Below are positions 41,691 to 52,131 of a stretch of DNA of 64,000 bases, piece after piece (the first letter of the stretch is position 1; the number at the start of each line of letters is the position of its first letter). Under the pieces are notes generated by a model that worked only from the letters and a program-made list of their open reading frames with translations, made no database searches and was not told where the DNA came from. This DNA comes from an uncultured delta proteobacterium (GTDB lineage: Bacteria; Desulfobacterota; Binatia; Binatales; Binataceae). A program made the translations under genes and the position numbers. The stretch covers positions 1,120,001 through 1,184,000 of the forward strand of contig CAVRVY010000001.1 of assembly GCA_963724765.1 (NCBI GenBank), read 5' to 3'.

Positions 41691-42515
41691 ATGGGAGCGA
41701 CAACCGAATATTTTCGCCATATCAAGGACGCGGTCTTCACCATCTTTGACGGGATGGCGGTGAGCGCGTCGCATCTGATCCGCCGCCCGTATACCATTCA
41801 GTACCCCGATCGCACGCCGGTGCGTGTGCAGGACACGCTGCCGTTCCGCTATCGCGGCATCCTCGACGTCGACCTGGAGATTTGCACGGGATGCCTCGCC
41901 TGCGAGCGCGCCTGCCCGATCGACTGCATCGTGATCGTCTGCGAGAAGAACGCACAGACTCGCGAGTTGACCATCTCGCAATTCGATATCGACATCGCCA
42001 AATGCATGTACTGCGGCTTGTGCAGCGAGCCGTGTCCGACTGGCTCGATCCATCATACGACCGAATTCGAGGGCGCGGACTTCTCGCTCGAGAGCCTGAT
42101 TCGCCGCTACGTGCCCGAGCCCGTCGTGGCCTACAAGGTCAAGAAGGGCCCCGAGCCTGACGTGCACGTCGGCCAACTGCTCGAGCGCGGGATGCGTTAC
42201 GTCGACGAATGGGCGCAGCCGGGCGGCGCCAAGCCGCCCGCCGCGCCCGGGCCCGCGGCCGCCGCTGGGGCCGCGACGAAGGCCGCGGCCCCAGCGGCGG
42301 CCGCCAGGCCCGCCTCGCCCGCAGCCGGCGCTGCTGCGGCGGCGAAGCCCGCCGCAGCAGCGCCGGCTGCCCCCGCGAAGCCCGAATCGGCGGCGGACTC
42401 AGCGGGCGCGTCCGCGCCCACTGAGTCCGCCGCCGCAACAGCGCCGACGGCTGCGCCGGCCGGCGCTCCCAGCCCTAACCCTGGCGCCAAGAAGGATGAG
42501 CCGGAGCGAGCGTAG
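41691..42515 (+). CDS. nuoI: NADH-quinone oxidoreductase subunit I with long Ala/Pro-rich tail
   Basis: CTGCLACERACP and CMYCGLCSEPCP 2x[4Fe-4S] motifs. Confidence 0.93.
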   Translation: MGATTEYFRHIKDAVFTIFDGMAVSASHLIRRPYTIQYPDRTPVRVQDTLPFRYRGILDVDLEICTGCLACERACPIDCIVIVCEKNAQTRELTISQFDIDIAKCMYCGLCSEPCPTGSIHHTTEFEGADFSLESLIRRYVPEPVVAYKVKKGPEPDVHVGQLLERGMRYVDEWAQPGGAKPPAAPGPAAAAGAATKAAAPAAAARPASPAAGAAAAAKPAAAAPAAPAKPESAADSAGASAPTESAAATAPTAAPAGAPSPNPGAKKDEPERA

Positions 42516-42547
42516 TTGCTGCGGCCGCGCGCACGCCGACCCGTTAG

Positions 42548-43111
42548 ATGCTTAACACGCTCGCAGCGCAGATAATCTTCTACTTCGTCGCGGCGATTAC
42601 CGTCGGGTTCGGCGCACTGGTCGCATTCTCGCGCAACATCGTCTATTCGGCGTTCGCGCTGGTCGGCGCGCTGATGGGTGTCGCGGGAATTTATATTCTG
42701 CTCGCTGCCGATTTTGTCGCGATGGTCCAGGTGTTGCTCTACGTAGGCGGCATCGTGGTGCTGACGATTTTCGCCGTGATGCTCACGCAGGGAATCGGCG
42801 ACGTCGCCGTATCGAATCGCGCGGCCGGGCCGATCGCTGGCTTGACCGTGACCGCGCTCGCCGGGGCAGTGATGTTGTACGCGACGTTGCGGACGCCGTG
42901 GCATCTTGCGCCCAAGATCAGCGTTTCGGCGACGACCTATGGCGTCGGCAACGCTTTTCTGGGCGCCTACGTGCTGCCGTTCGAGGTTGCGTCGCTGGTC
43001 CTGTTGGTGGCCCTGATCGGCGCGGTCGTCATATCGCGTCAGGATCCGATCTCGAGCCCGGATCCCGTAGCAGAAACGGCAGGCGCGGCGGCCGATAAGG
43101 CGGGGGACTGA
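42548..43111 (+). CDS. nuoJ: NADH-quinone oxidoreductase subunit J
   Basis: QVLLYVGGIVVL and PFEVASLVLLVALIGA. Confidence 0.93.
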   Translation: MLNTLAAQIIFYFVAAITVGFGALVAFSRNIVYSAFALVGALMGVAGIYILLAADFVAMVQVLLYVGGIVVLTIFAVMLTQGIGDVAVSNRAAGPIAGLTVTALAGAVMLYATLRTPWHLAPKISVSATTYGVGNAFLGAYVLPFEVASLVLLVALIGAVVISRQDPISSPDPVAETAGAAADKAGD

Positions 43112-43116
43112 CCGCG

Positions 43117-43431
43117 ATGGGCGGCGGGATCACGCTCAACCATTTCCTCGTCCTGGGGCTGATCCTGTTTTTGCTCGGCTCGTATTGCGTGCTGACGCGG
43201 CGCAACGCGATCGGCATCCTGATGGGCATCGAGCTCATCCTCAACGCCGCCAATATCAATTATCTTGCCTTCGCCTATTTCGGCGGCGCCCGCTACGACG
43301 GGCAGGTCTTTGCGATCTTCGTCATCATGCTGGCCGCGGCTGAGGCCGTGATCGGTCTCGCCGTGATCCTGGCGATCTACCAGAACCTGCGAACGATTGA
43401 CGTCGATGCGACCGAGACGCTCAGAGGCTAG
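43117..43431 (+). CDS. nuoK: NADH-quinone oxidoreductase subunit K
   Basis: RRNAIGILMGIELILNA and AAAEAVIGLA. Confidence 0.94.
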   Translation: MGGGITLNHFLVLGLILFLLGSYCVLTRRNAIGILMGIELILNAANINYLAFAYFGGARYDGQVFAIFVIMLAAAEAVIGLAVILAIYQNLRTIDVDATETLRG

Positions 43432-43607
43432 CCGCTTTCGCCGCGAGCGTCACGGGCCTCACGGTGCAGCGCAGCCAGCCGTCTCCCACGCCTCGTCCGC
43501 CTTGTTTTCGTCGCGGTTTCTGCTTATATCGACGCGATCCCGTTGGCGATCCCGCTTCTCGTTGAATCGGCGCGATTGCGGTGGGGTTGAGGTGAGGCTC
43601 TAGCGCG

Positions 43608-45668
43608 ATGGAGCATCCGCTCGCGGTCGATTTCGTGCGCTGGATCGTATTGCTGCCGCTGCTCGGCGCGGCGGTGAACTTCCTGGCCGGCGCCCGCTTG
43701 CAGCGCGAACTCGGCAAGCGCGCGATAAGTATCGTGGGATGCGGCACGGTGGCCGCGGCTTTCGCGCTGGCCGTTTACGCCTGGGCCATGATGCTGGCGA
43801 TGGCGCCCGCCGATCGCTTCATGCTTGACCATCTTTGGCGATGGATTAACGTAGGCCCGCTCAATCTCGACATCGCGTTCTGGCTCGACCCGCTCTCGAT
43901 GCTGATGGCGCTGATCATCACCGGAGTCGGCGGCCTGATTCACATCTATTCGACCGGCTACATGCACGAGGACGAGTCCTACTGGCGCTTCTTCGCGTGG
44001 CTGAACCTGTTCACGTTCGCGATGTTGGTGCTGGTGCTGGCGGACAATCTGTGGCTGATGTTCGTTGGCTGGGAGGGCGTGGGGCTGTGCTCGTTCGCGC
44101 TGATCGGCTTCTGGTACAAGGACCTCGCGAACACTACCGCCGGCAACAAGGCGTTTATCGTCAACCGCGTCGGCGACTGGGCGTTCGTGGTCGCGCTGTA
44201 TTCGCTGTTCACCGGACTTGGCACTGCTGGTCATGCGACCTTGGTCATCCGCGACGTCGCACACTGGGCGCCTGCGCTGGCCGGTATGCCGGGCTACTTC
44301 GGGATGTCGCTGGTCACGTTCGTGACGCTACTGCTGTTCGCGGGCGCGACCGGCAAGTCAGCGCAGATTCCGCTTCACGTATGGCTGCCTGACGCGATGG
44401 CCGGGCCGACGCCCGTGAGTGCGCTAATCCACGCGGCCACGATGGTGACGGCGGGCGTGTACATGGTGGCGCGGCTCAATTTCCTGTTCTCGATGGCGCC
44501 GGCGACGATGCTGACGATTGCGACAATCGGGACGCTGACCGCGTTTTTCGCCGCCACTATCGGCACCACCCAGGACGACATCAAAAAGGTGCTGGCCTAT
44601 TCGACCGTGAGCCAGCTCGGTTACATGTTCGCCGCGGTCGGGGTGGGCGCGTATGTCGACGGCGTCTTTCACCTGATGACGCATGCGTTCTTCAAAGCCT
44701 GCCTGTTCCTCGGCGCGGGCTCGGTGATCCATGCGATGGGCGGTGTGCAGGACATGCGGCTGATGGGCGGTCTGCGCGAGCGGTTGCCGATCACGTTTTG
44801 GACTTTTCTCGCCGCGACGCTCGCGCTCTGCGGTATCCCGCCGTTCGCTGGTTTCATGTCGAAGGACGCGATCATCTGGGACAGCTTCGCTCACGGCCAT
44901 CCGCTGCTGTGGGCGCTTCTGTGGCTGGGCGCGGGAATCACCGCCTTTTACATGTTTCGCCAGGTTTATATGACGTTTTTCGGGGAGTTTCGCGGCACTC
45001 ACGAACAGGAGCATCACCTGCACGAATCGCCGCCCTCGATGACGCTTGCGCTGGTGGTGCTGGGCGCGTTGTCGGTGGTCGGCGGCTTCGTAAAATTGCC
45101 TGGCTTTATCGAGCGCCTCGATCCGTTCGGAAACTTCCTCGCGCCGGTGTTCGCCTCGCCGGCGACGCGCCAGATGATCGAATCCGCGACCGAGAACCGT
45201 AGCGCCGAGGCCGGCCTCGCCGTGTTGTCGCTGGCGATGGTGGCTGCGGGATGGTATCTGGCCGACCTCATATATCGCCAGGGCTCGACCGCCTACGATT
45301 GGGTCAGCGAACTGTGGGGCGGCGCGCTATATCGCACGGTGCTCAACAAGTACTACGTCGACGAGGCTTACGCAGCGGGTCCGGTGGCCGGGACGCTCGA
45401 AGCCTCGCAAGCCGCGGCCTGGTTCGATTTCCACATCATCGATTGGATCGTCAACTTCGCCGCCACGGCGACCGTTTTCAGTTCGTGGCTCTCGGGGCTG
45501 CTCGACCGCTACGTGGTCGACGGACTGGTCAATCTTGCCTCCAACGTGACGTTGGATGCGGGTCAGCGGATGCGGCGGCTGCAGACCGGTTCGATCAACG
45601 GCTACCTGTACGGAATCCTGGCGGCGGTTACGTTCGCCCTCATTGTCCGCGCGGTGTTGCGGACGTGA
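43608..45668 (+). CDS. nuoL: NADH-quinone oxidoreductase subunit L
   Basis: GWEGVGLCS, GKSAQIPLHVWLPDAMAGPTPVSALIHAATMV and HAFFKA. Confidence 0.96.
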   Translation: MEHPLAVDFVRWIVLLPLLGAAVNFLAGARLQRELGKRAISIVGCGTVAAAFALAVYAWAMMLAMAPADRFMLDHLWRWINVGPLNLDIAFWLDPLSMLMALIITGVGGLIHIYSTGYMHEDESYWRFFAWLNLFTFAMLVLVLADNLWLMFVGWEGVGLCSFALIGFWYKDLANTTAGNKAFIVNRVGDWAFVVALYSLFTGLGTAGHATLVIRDVAHWAPALAGMPGYFGMSLVTFVTLLLFAGATGKSAQIPLHVWLPDAMAGPTPVSALIHAATMVTAGVYMVARLNFLFSMAPATMLTIATIGTLTAFFAATIGTTQDDIKKVLAYSTVSQLGYMFAAVGVGAYVDGVFHLMTHAFFKACLFLGAGSVIHAMGGVQDMRLMGGLRERLPITFWTFLAATLALCGIPPFAGFMSKDAIIWDSFAHGHPLLWALLWLGAGITAFYMFRQVYMTFFGEFRGTHEQEHHLHESPPSMTLALVVLGALSVVGGFVKLPGFIERLDPFGNFLAPVFASPATRQMIESATENRSAEAGLAVLSLAMVAAGWYLADLIYRQGSTAYDWVSELWGGALYRTVLNKYYVDEAYAAGPVAGTLEASQAAAWFDFHIIDWIVNFAATATVFSSWLSGLLDRYVVDGLVNLASNVTLDAGQRMRRLQTGSINGYLYGILAAVTFALIVRAVLRT

Positions 45669-45723
45669 GGCGGAGGGAGGGGGGAGGGGCGGCAGAGCCA
45701 ACGGCCGCGTCGCGCAACCGACG

Positions 45724-47223
45724 ATGACTCATCCGCTGACCCTTATCACCTTCATTCCGCTCGTCGGGATGGTTCTGATCCTGCTCTGCCCCAAGGGGCA
45801 GGAGAAATTCATCCGCTGGATCGCCGCGCTCTTCACCTTTCCGCAACTGCTTATCGCCGGATGGCTGTACGCCAACTTCGATACCACCACCACTTCCATC
45901 CAGTTCGCCGAGCATCGCGCCTGGATTCCCGCCTATCATATCTTTTACTTTCTGGGCGTTGACGGGATCAGTATCTCGATGGTCCTGCTGACCGCGATCA
46001 TCTGCTTCATCTCGGTGTTCGCGAGCTTCACCATCGACCGCGGCGAGCGCGGCTATTACGCGCTGCTGCTGCTGCTCGACACCGGCATGATGGGCGTGTT
46101 CGTCGCGCTCGACTTTTTCCTGTTCTACATTTTCTGGGAAGTGATGCTGCTGCCGATGTACTTCCTCATCGGTGTGTGGGGCGGGCCGCGGCGCGAGTAC
46201 GCCGCGATCAAGTTCTTTCTCTACACGCTGCTCGGCTCGGTGCTGATCCTGCTCGCGATGCTGGGGCTGTACTATTATGGCGCGGCGCCGACCTTCGACA
46301 TGATCGAGCTCGCCGCCAACGCCGGCCACTATTCGATGACCTTTCAGCGCGTGGCATGGATCGCGCTGTTTATAGGCTTCGCGATCAAAATCCCGGCCTT
46401 TCCATTCCACACCTGGCTGCCCGACGCGCACGTCGAGGCGCCCACCGCGATCAGCGTCATCCTGGCCGGCGTGCTGCTCAAGATGGGCACCTATGGCATC
46501 CTGCGTATCAACTTCTCCATCCTGCCGGCCGCCAGCCACGAGTTCGCCTTCTGGCTGCTCGGGGTGATCGGCACGATCAACATCGTGTACGGCGCGCTGT
46601 GCGCGATGGCACAGACCGACTACAAGAAGCTCATCGCCTATTCCTCGGTGAGCCACATGGGTTACGTGATGCTGGGGATGGCGGCGCTGACCGAGGCCGG
46701 GATCAATGGCGCGGTGCTGCAGATGTTCAACCACGGCACAATCACCGCGATGCTCTTCCTGCTGGTCGGCGTGATCTACGATCGCGCGCACCATCGCGAA
46801 ATCGCCGGCTTTGGCGGGTTGGCCAGCCAGATGCCGATGTGTGCGGCGCTGACCGGCTTTGCGTTTTTCGCTGCGATGGGTTTGCCGGGACTCTCGGCTT
46901 TCATCTCCGAGGTTCTGGTGCTGATCGGCGCATGGCAGCGCTATCCGGTGATGACTGTCCTGGGCGCCGGCACGGCGATTCTAACCGCCGGTTACATGCT
47001 GTGGACCTTTCAGCGCATCTACCTCGGCCCGCTCAACGAAAAATACAAGAGCCTGACCGACCTCACGCTGCGCGAAGCCTTCATGCTGATCCCGCTCGCG
47101 ATCATCGTGCTCATCCTCGGCGTCTATCCGCATGCGATCCTCGATCTGCTCGGCGCTTCGCTCAATCACGTCAACCAGGTCGTGCTGATGGCGCATGCGC
47201 CAGCGTCCGCGATCGTGCCGTGA
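45724..47223 (+). CDS. nuoM: NADH-quinone oxidoreductase subunit M
   Basis: FWEVMLLPMY, PFHTWLPDAHVEAPT and YSSVSHMG. Confidence 0.96.
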   Translation: MTHPLTLITFIPLVGMVLILLCPKGQEKFIRWIAALFTFPQLLIAGWLYANFDTTTTSIQFAEHRAWIPAYHIFYFLGVDGISISMVLLTAIICFISVFASFTIDRGERGYYALLLLLDTGMMGVFVALDFFLFYIFWEVMLLPMYFLIGVWGGPRREYAAIKFFLYTLLGSVLILLAMLGLYYYGAAPTFDMIELAANAGHYSMTFQRVAWIALFIGFAIKIPAFPFHTWLPDAHVEAPTAISVILAGVLLKMGTYGILRINFSILPAASHEFAFWLLGVIGTINIVYGALCAMAQTDYKKLIAYSSVSHMGYVMLGMAALTEAGINGAVLQMFNHGTITAMLFLLVGVIYDRAHHREIAGFGGLASQMPMCAALTGFAFFAAMGLPGLSAFISEVLVLIGAWQRYPVMTVLGAGTAILTAGYMLWTFQRIYLGPLNEKYKSLTDLTLREAFMLIPLAIIVLILGVYPHAILDLLGASLNHVNQVVLMAHAPASAIVP

Positions 47224-47278
47224 GCGGCGGGTGCGCGCGCCGCGGCGGATTAGCGGTCAAGATTAAAGCGAATTAAAG

Positions 47279-48766
47279 ATGGACCTCGGCAACCTCGCCA
47301 GCCTGAGCCATTTCCTGCCCGAATTGCTGCTCACGGCGGGAGTAATCGTACTGGTCGTCGTCGATCTGATCCTGCGCGACAAGACGCCGCTCGGCGATCT
47401 CGCGCTGATCATCACCGCCGGAGCGCTGGTGCTGATCGCTATCGAACCGGTGCAGCGCGGTGCATGGCTGTTCCATCGGATGCTGGTGTTCGATGCGTTC
47501 GGGTTCTTCTTTCGGGCACTGATCGCGCTGGCCGCGCTGGTCGCGGTCTGGATGTCGATGGGTTCGGTGGAGGTGCGCCAGTGCGACCAAGGCGAGTACT
47601 ACGCGATCCTGCTCGCCAGCACGCTCGGGATGTTCCTGATGGCGGAGGCGGCCAACCTCCTTATGGCCTACCTGGCGCTGGAGTTCGTAAGCCTGACCTC
47701 ATACATCCTGACCGGTTTCCTGCGCCACAACCGCCGCTCGCAGGAGGCCGCGCTGAAATACCTGATCTACGGCGGCGTCGCCTCGGGCACGATGGTTTAC
47801 GGGATGAGCTGGATTTTCGGAATCACCGGCTCACTCGACTTTAACGCGATCAACAGCGCGCTGAGCGCGCCCGGCCATCTCCCGGTGCTCACCGTGTTCA
47901 TCGCGGTGGTGCTGATCCTGGCCGGGCTCGGCTACAAGATCGCTTCGGTGCCGTTTCACATGTGGGCGCCCGACGTTTATACGGGCGCGCCGATTCCGAT
48001 CACCACTTTTCTGGCCGTGGGATCGAAGGCGGCCGGCTTCGCGCTGCTCACCCGTTTTTTCTACCCCGCGATTTCGCGTCTGGGCGCGGCCGGAAACTGG
48101 CAGCCGCTTAACGGCGTCGATTGGCCGCAACTGCTGCTGGTCGTGTGCGTGATCACGATGACGCTGGGCAATCTCGCCGCGCTCCAGCAGACCAATATGA
48201 AGCGGCTGCTCGCCTACTCCTCGATCGCACAGGCAGGCTACGCTTTGATGGGCTTGGTGATCCTGACCAACGACGGCATCCGCGCGACGCTGTTCTACCT
48301 GTTCGCGTACTACGTGATGGACGCGGGGGCGTTTTTGGTCGTGATGATCGTCGCCAACGCTACCGGCCGCGAGGATATCGAGGCCTACCGCGGTCTGGCC
48401 TGGCGCGGCGGCGCGGTCCCGGCGGTCGCGCTGGCGATCTTCCTGCTCTCGCTGACCGGCATCCCCGCGACCATCGGCTTCATCGGCAAGTTCTACATCT
48501 TCGCCGCGGTCATCCGTTCGCAATTCTACGTGCTGGCGGTGATCGGCATATTAAATTCGACCGTCTCTCTCTACTACTACATGGCGCCGGTCAGGATGAT
48601 GTTCCTTGAAGAGCCGCGTGGCGACGAGACGCCGATCACGTTCGAGGCATGGAACTACAGCCTGATGGGCGTGCTGGCGTGCGCGACGGTGGTGCTGGGA
48701 TTGTACTGGACACCGATCATCGCATTCGCCGACCGCTCGATGCACTTCTTCACCGGCCCTTCGTGA
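47279..48766 (+). CDS. nuoN: NADH-quinone oxidoreductase subunit N
   Basis: EAALKY, PFHMWAPDVYTGAP and KRLLAYSSIAQAGY. Confidence 0.96.
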   Translation: MDLGNLASLSHFLPELLLTAGVIVLVVVDLILRDKTPLGDLALIITAGALVLIAIEPVQRGAWLFHRMLVFDAFGFFFRALIALAALVAVWMSMGSVEVRQCDQGEYYAILLASTLGMFLMAEAANLLMAYLALEFVSLTSYILTGFLRHNRRSQEAALKYLIYGGVASGTMVYGMSWIFGITGSLDFNAINSALSAPGHLPVLTVFIAVVLILAGLGYKIASVPFHMWAPDVYTGAPIPITTFLAVGSKAAGFALLTRFFYPAISRLGAAGNWQPLNGVDWPQLLLVVCVITMTLGNLAALQQTNMKRLLAYSSIAQAGYALMGLVILTNDGIRATLFYLFAYYVMDAGAFLVVMIVANATGREDIEAYRGLAWRGGAVPAVALAIFLLSLTGIPATIGFIGKFYIFAAVIRSQFYVLAVIGILNSTVSLYYYMAPVRMMFLEEPRGDETPITFEAWNYSLMGVLACATVVLGLYWTPIIAFADRSMHFFTGPS

Positions 48767-48903
48767 CTTGTCTTTCGCTGCTCGGAACGCGCAAGGCCAA
48801 GGGCATCGCTCTTGATGCGCAAATGATCGCAGGCTAGATGCTATAGCGCCTGCGCGCGTTGCTGAACCAACATCGCGGCGAATCAAACGGAGTGAAATAG
48901 AAA

Positions 48904-49692
48904 ATGGGCAAGCTCGACGGGAAAATCGCATTGATCACCGGCGGTGGATCGGGAATCGGACGCGCCACCGCAAAAGTGTTCGCCGCGGAGGGCGCGAAGG
49001 TCGCGGTCGTGGACCGCGCCGAGGACAACGCACGCGCAGCCGCCGCCGAAATCACGAAAAGCGCCGCCGAGGCGATCGCGATTGTGGCCGACGTATCGAA
49101 AGCCGCCGACACCGAGCGGATGGTGGCCGAGACGGTAGGCCGCTTCGGCCGGCTCGACATCCTCTACAACAACGCCGGCGTCGGTTTCGCCCGGCGCACG
49201 CATCTGCTCACCGAGGAGGAATGGGATCGCACGATCGACGTCGATCTGAAGGGCGTCTTCCTGGGTTGCAAATACGCTTTGCCCGAGTTGATGAAGCGGG
49301 GCGGCGTGATCCTGAGCACGGCGTCGGTCGCCGGGATCGAGGGCTTCCGCCAGATGGCCGCGTACTGCGCGGCGAAGGCGGGCGTGATTCTGCTGACCAA
49401 GTCGCTCGCGATGGACTACGCGGAGTATGGCATTCGCGTCAACTGCATCTGCCCGGGATCGATCGAAACGCCGCTTTATGAGAGCGGCTTCGACAACCTG
49501 ACGCCCGAAAAGCGCGCGCGAGCGCATCAGATGTTCGCCGCGATGCATCTGCTGGGACGCGCCGGAGAGCCCGAGGAGATTGCGCGAGTCGCGTTATTTT
49601 TATCCTCGCAAGACGCGTCTTTTATCACTGGGCAGGCTGTAGTCGTGGATGGCGGCTATTCGACGGGTCATCGAATGATAAGACTCACCTAA
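48904..49692 (+). CDS. short-chain dehydrogenase/reductase
   Basis: TGGGSGIG, NNAG, YCAAK and VNCICPG. Confidence 0.93.
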   Translation: MGKLDGKIALITGGGSGIGRATAKVFAAEGAKVAVVDRAEDNARAAAAEITKSAAEAIAIVADVSKAADTERMVAETVGRFGRLDILYNNAGVGFARRTHLLTEEEWDRTIDVDLKGVFLGCKYALPELMKRGGVILSTASVAGIEGFRQMAAYCAAKAGVILLTKSLAMDYAEYGIRVNCICPGSIETPLYESGFDNLTPEKRARAHQMFAAMHLLGRAGEPEEIARVALFLSSQDASFITGQAVVVDGGYSTGHRMIRLT

Positions 49693-49873
49693 AAGGATCA
49701 CGAACGACTCAAAGTGAACGGCCAGCAGGGTTTTCGCGAGCAAGATCGCAATTCGATGGTCTGGCTGCTTACGCGGATGTATAATTCGTCTTGAGAGTTG
49801 GCTTTTGCGATTGGACATCTGCTGTCAGCCGGCGCTGCAGGGGGCGCATCGCCACAGCTTTGAGGAGAATGTT

Positions 49874-50050
49874 ATGTCTGCGGTAGTCTTCACCCTGCTT
49901 TTCGGCTTGCTTTCGGGAATCGCCGGTTTTGTCGGGAGTGCGTCGTTCGAGACGGTCTTGATGCTGGGGCTGCTCGGCCTTATGCATCTGAGCGTCGTTT
50001 CCGCGCGCCAGGCCAACACAACGGTAGCTCGCGAAGATATCCGAAGATAA
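49874..50050 (+). CDS. small hydrophobic membrane protein (58 aa)
   Basis: GAGGAG RBS, two hydrophobic segments, TATAAT at 49780-49785 upstream. Confidence 0.5.
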   Translation: MSAVVFTLLFGLLSGIAGFVGSASFETVLMLGLLGLMHLSVVSARQANTTVAREDIRR

Positions 50051-50059
50051 CAGCCGCGC

Positions 50060-50941
50060 GTGTCGGGGATGCTTTATGTCGTCGCGATGCCGATCGGCGA
50101 CATAGCCGATTTGAGCCCGCGCGCGTTCGGCATTCTGGCGCAGGTGGATTTAATCGCGTGCGAGGATACGCGGCGAGTGGCACCGCTGCTCGCCGCGCAT
50201 GCGATCCGCACGCCCACAATCAGCTACTTCGAGCATAACGAGGAACGCCGCGCCTCCGAGCTGGTCGAGCGGATGCGCCGCGGCGCGCGAATCGCGCTGG
50301 TTACCGATGCCGGCACGCCGGCTATCTCCGATCCTGGCTTCAGGCTGGTGCGCGAGGCGCTGAGTGCGGGAATCCGGGTTGGCGCGATTCCCGGCCCCTC
50401 GGCCGTGATCGCGGCGCTCTCGATCGTCGGGCTGCCGACCGACCGTTTCACCTTCGAAGGTTTTCTGTCTTCGAAATCCGCGTCCCGTCGAAACGAGTTG
50501 AAGGCGCTCGTTCGCGAACGGCGCACGATGGTGTTCTTCGAGGCGGCGCGCCGCCTTGGTCCGACGCTGACCGCGATGGCCGAGGCTTTCGGCGCGGAGC
50601 GCGAGGCCGCGGTCGCGCGAGAGATCGGGAAGACATACGAGGAAGTGGTGCGCGCGAGCCTCGCAGAGCTGGCGGCGCGCTTTACCGCAAACCCTGCGCG
50701 CGGCGAGATCACGTTGGTAGTTGCGGGCATCGGTCGCGAGCAGAGCGCGCAGGAGCAGGCACTTGGCGATTTGGCGGCGGCGCCGGCAGCACTCACGGTC
50801 GAGATGCTGTGCGAGGCCGGGCTCTCACTCAAGCAGGCGAGCGCGGTGATCGCACGGCTTGGCGGGGGCAGCCGGCGCGAGGTTTACCAGAATGCGCTGG
50901 CCTCGCGGCGAACACGCCAAGACGACACAGAAGATGATTAA
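50060..50941 (+). CDS. rsmI: 16S rRNA (cytidine1402-2'-O)-methyltransferase
   Basis: LYVVAMPIGD, ACEDTR, DAGTPAISDPG and IPGPSA. Confidence 0.93.
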   Translation: MSGMLYVVAMPIGDIADLSPRAFGILAQVDLIACEDTRRVAPLLAAHAIRTPTISYFEHNEERRASELVERMRRGARIALVTDAGTPAISDPGFRLVREALSAGIRVGAIPGPSAVIAALSIVGLPTDRFTFEGFLSSKSASRRNELKALVRERRTMVFFEAARRLGPTLTAMAEAFGAEREAAVAREIGKTYEEVVRASLAELAARFTANPARGEITLVVAGIGREQSAQEQALGDLAAAPAALTVEMLCEAGLSLKQASAVIARLGGGSRREVYQNALASRRTRQDDTEDD

Positions 50942-51037
50942 CGATGATTAGGCGAATCGCGCCGGACTCCGCTGTTGATGCGCACGCTGATCGTTGCTTG
51001 AAAGCCGCCGGTTGGTAGGCTTCAATGCCCGCCAGAG

Positions 51038-51556
51038 ATGGCGAGGACAGGCAAAGCGGACGCTGGTGACACCGCCGCAGGTAGCGCGCCTGGCGCGTCG
51101 GCGGCCGTGCTGGTTATCCATGGACCGAACCTGAATCTTCTCGGCGAGCGCGAACCGGAAATTTACGGTCGCACGCGTCTGGGCGACATCGACCGCTCGC
51201 TCAAGCAGTTGGGCCGCGAGCTGGGCCTCAAGGTGGAGACCTTCCAGTCGAACAGCGAAGGGGCGATCGTGGATCGAATCCAGCAGGCGCGTGGGCGCGC
51301 GCAGGTGCTGGTGATCAACCCGGCCGGCTATACGCATACCAGCGTGGCGATTCGCGACGCGATAACCGCTTGCGAGCTGCCGACCGTCGAAGTCCATCTT
51401 TCGAACGTTTATGCGCGCGAGCCATTTCGCCATCATTCGACCATCGCCGGCATCGTGGTTGGCCGAATCATGGGCTTCGGCGCCGAGGGCTACCTCCTGG
51501 CGCTGCGCGCGGCAAAGCGGCTGATCGAGGCGGATCAGGCCGCCGCGGATGCCTGA
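51038..51556 (+). CDS. aroQ: type II 3-dehydroquinate dehydratase
   Basis: [26 protein letters not shown] and EVHLSN. Confidence 0.96.
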   Translation: MARTGKADAGDTAAGSAPGASAAVLVIHGPNLNLLGEREPEIYGRTRLGDIDRSLKQLGRELGLKVETFQSNSEGAIVDRIQQARGRAQVLVINPAGYTHTSVAIRDAITACELPTVEVHLSNVYAREPFRHHSTIAGIVVGRIMGFGAEGYLLALRAAKRLIEADQAAADA

Positions 51557-51615
51557 CCCGCCTCGGCTGTTTGGCGTAACGCGAAGTGGCCCGGGCCGTA
51601 TCCCTGGGAGCATCG

Positions 51616-52104
51616 ATGGAACTGCGGGAAATAAAAGCTCTGCTCGCACTGATGCGAGACTTCGGGCTGAGCGAGCTTGAAATCGAAGATAAAAAGGGCA
51701 AGGTGCGCCTGGTGCGCGCGGCCAACTCGGCCGACCAGCATCATCCGCCTCCGGCTGTCGTTCACCAGCGCGGCGTGACGCGCGTGGCCGTCGAAGCCGC
51801 CACAGGTCTTGGCGGTCCGATTTCGGACGCGCGGCCCGCGGCGGCGCAGGAACTCGCCCCCGGCCATCGCTACGTGCAGAGCCCGATGGTGGGGACGTTC
51901 TATCGCGCGGTGTCTCCCGATTCCGATCCGTTCGTGGAGGAGGGCGACAGCGTACGCAAGGGCCAGGCCCTGTGCATCATCGAAGCGATGAAGATGATGA
52001 ACGAGATCGAGGCCGAGATTGGTGGTAAGCTGGTTAAGATACTTTGCGAAAACGGCCAACCCGTCGAGTACGGGCAGCCCTTGATGGTAATCGAGGCCGG
52101 CTAA
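51616..52104 (+). CDS. accB: biotin carboxyl carrier protein
   Basis: SPMVGTFY and EAMKMMNEI biotinylation motif. Confidence 0.95.
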   Translation: MELREIKALLALMRDFGLSELEIEDKKGKVRLVRAANSADQHHPPPAVVHQRGVTRVAVEAATGLGGPISDARPAAAQELAPGHRYVQSPMVGTFYRAVSPDSDPFVEEGDSVRKGQALCIIEAMKMMNEIEAEIGGKLVKILCENGQPVEYGQPLMVIEAG

Positions 52105-52131
52105 GCCGCGCCTGGTGTAAACGACCGCGCC

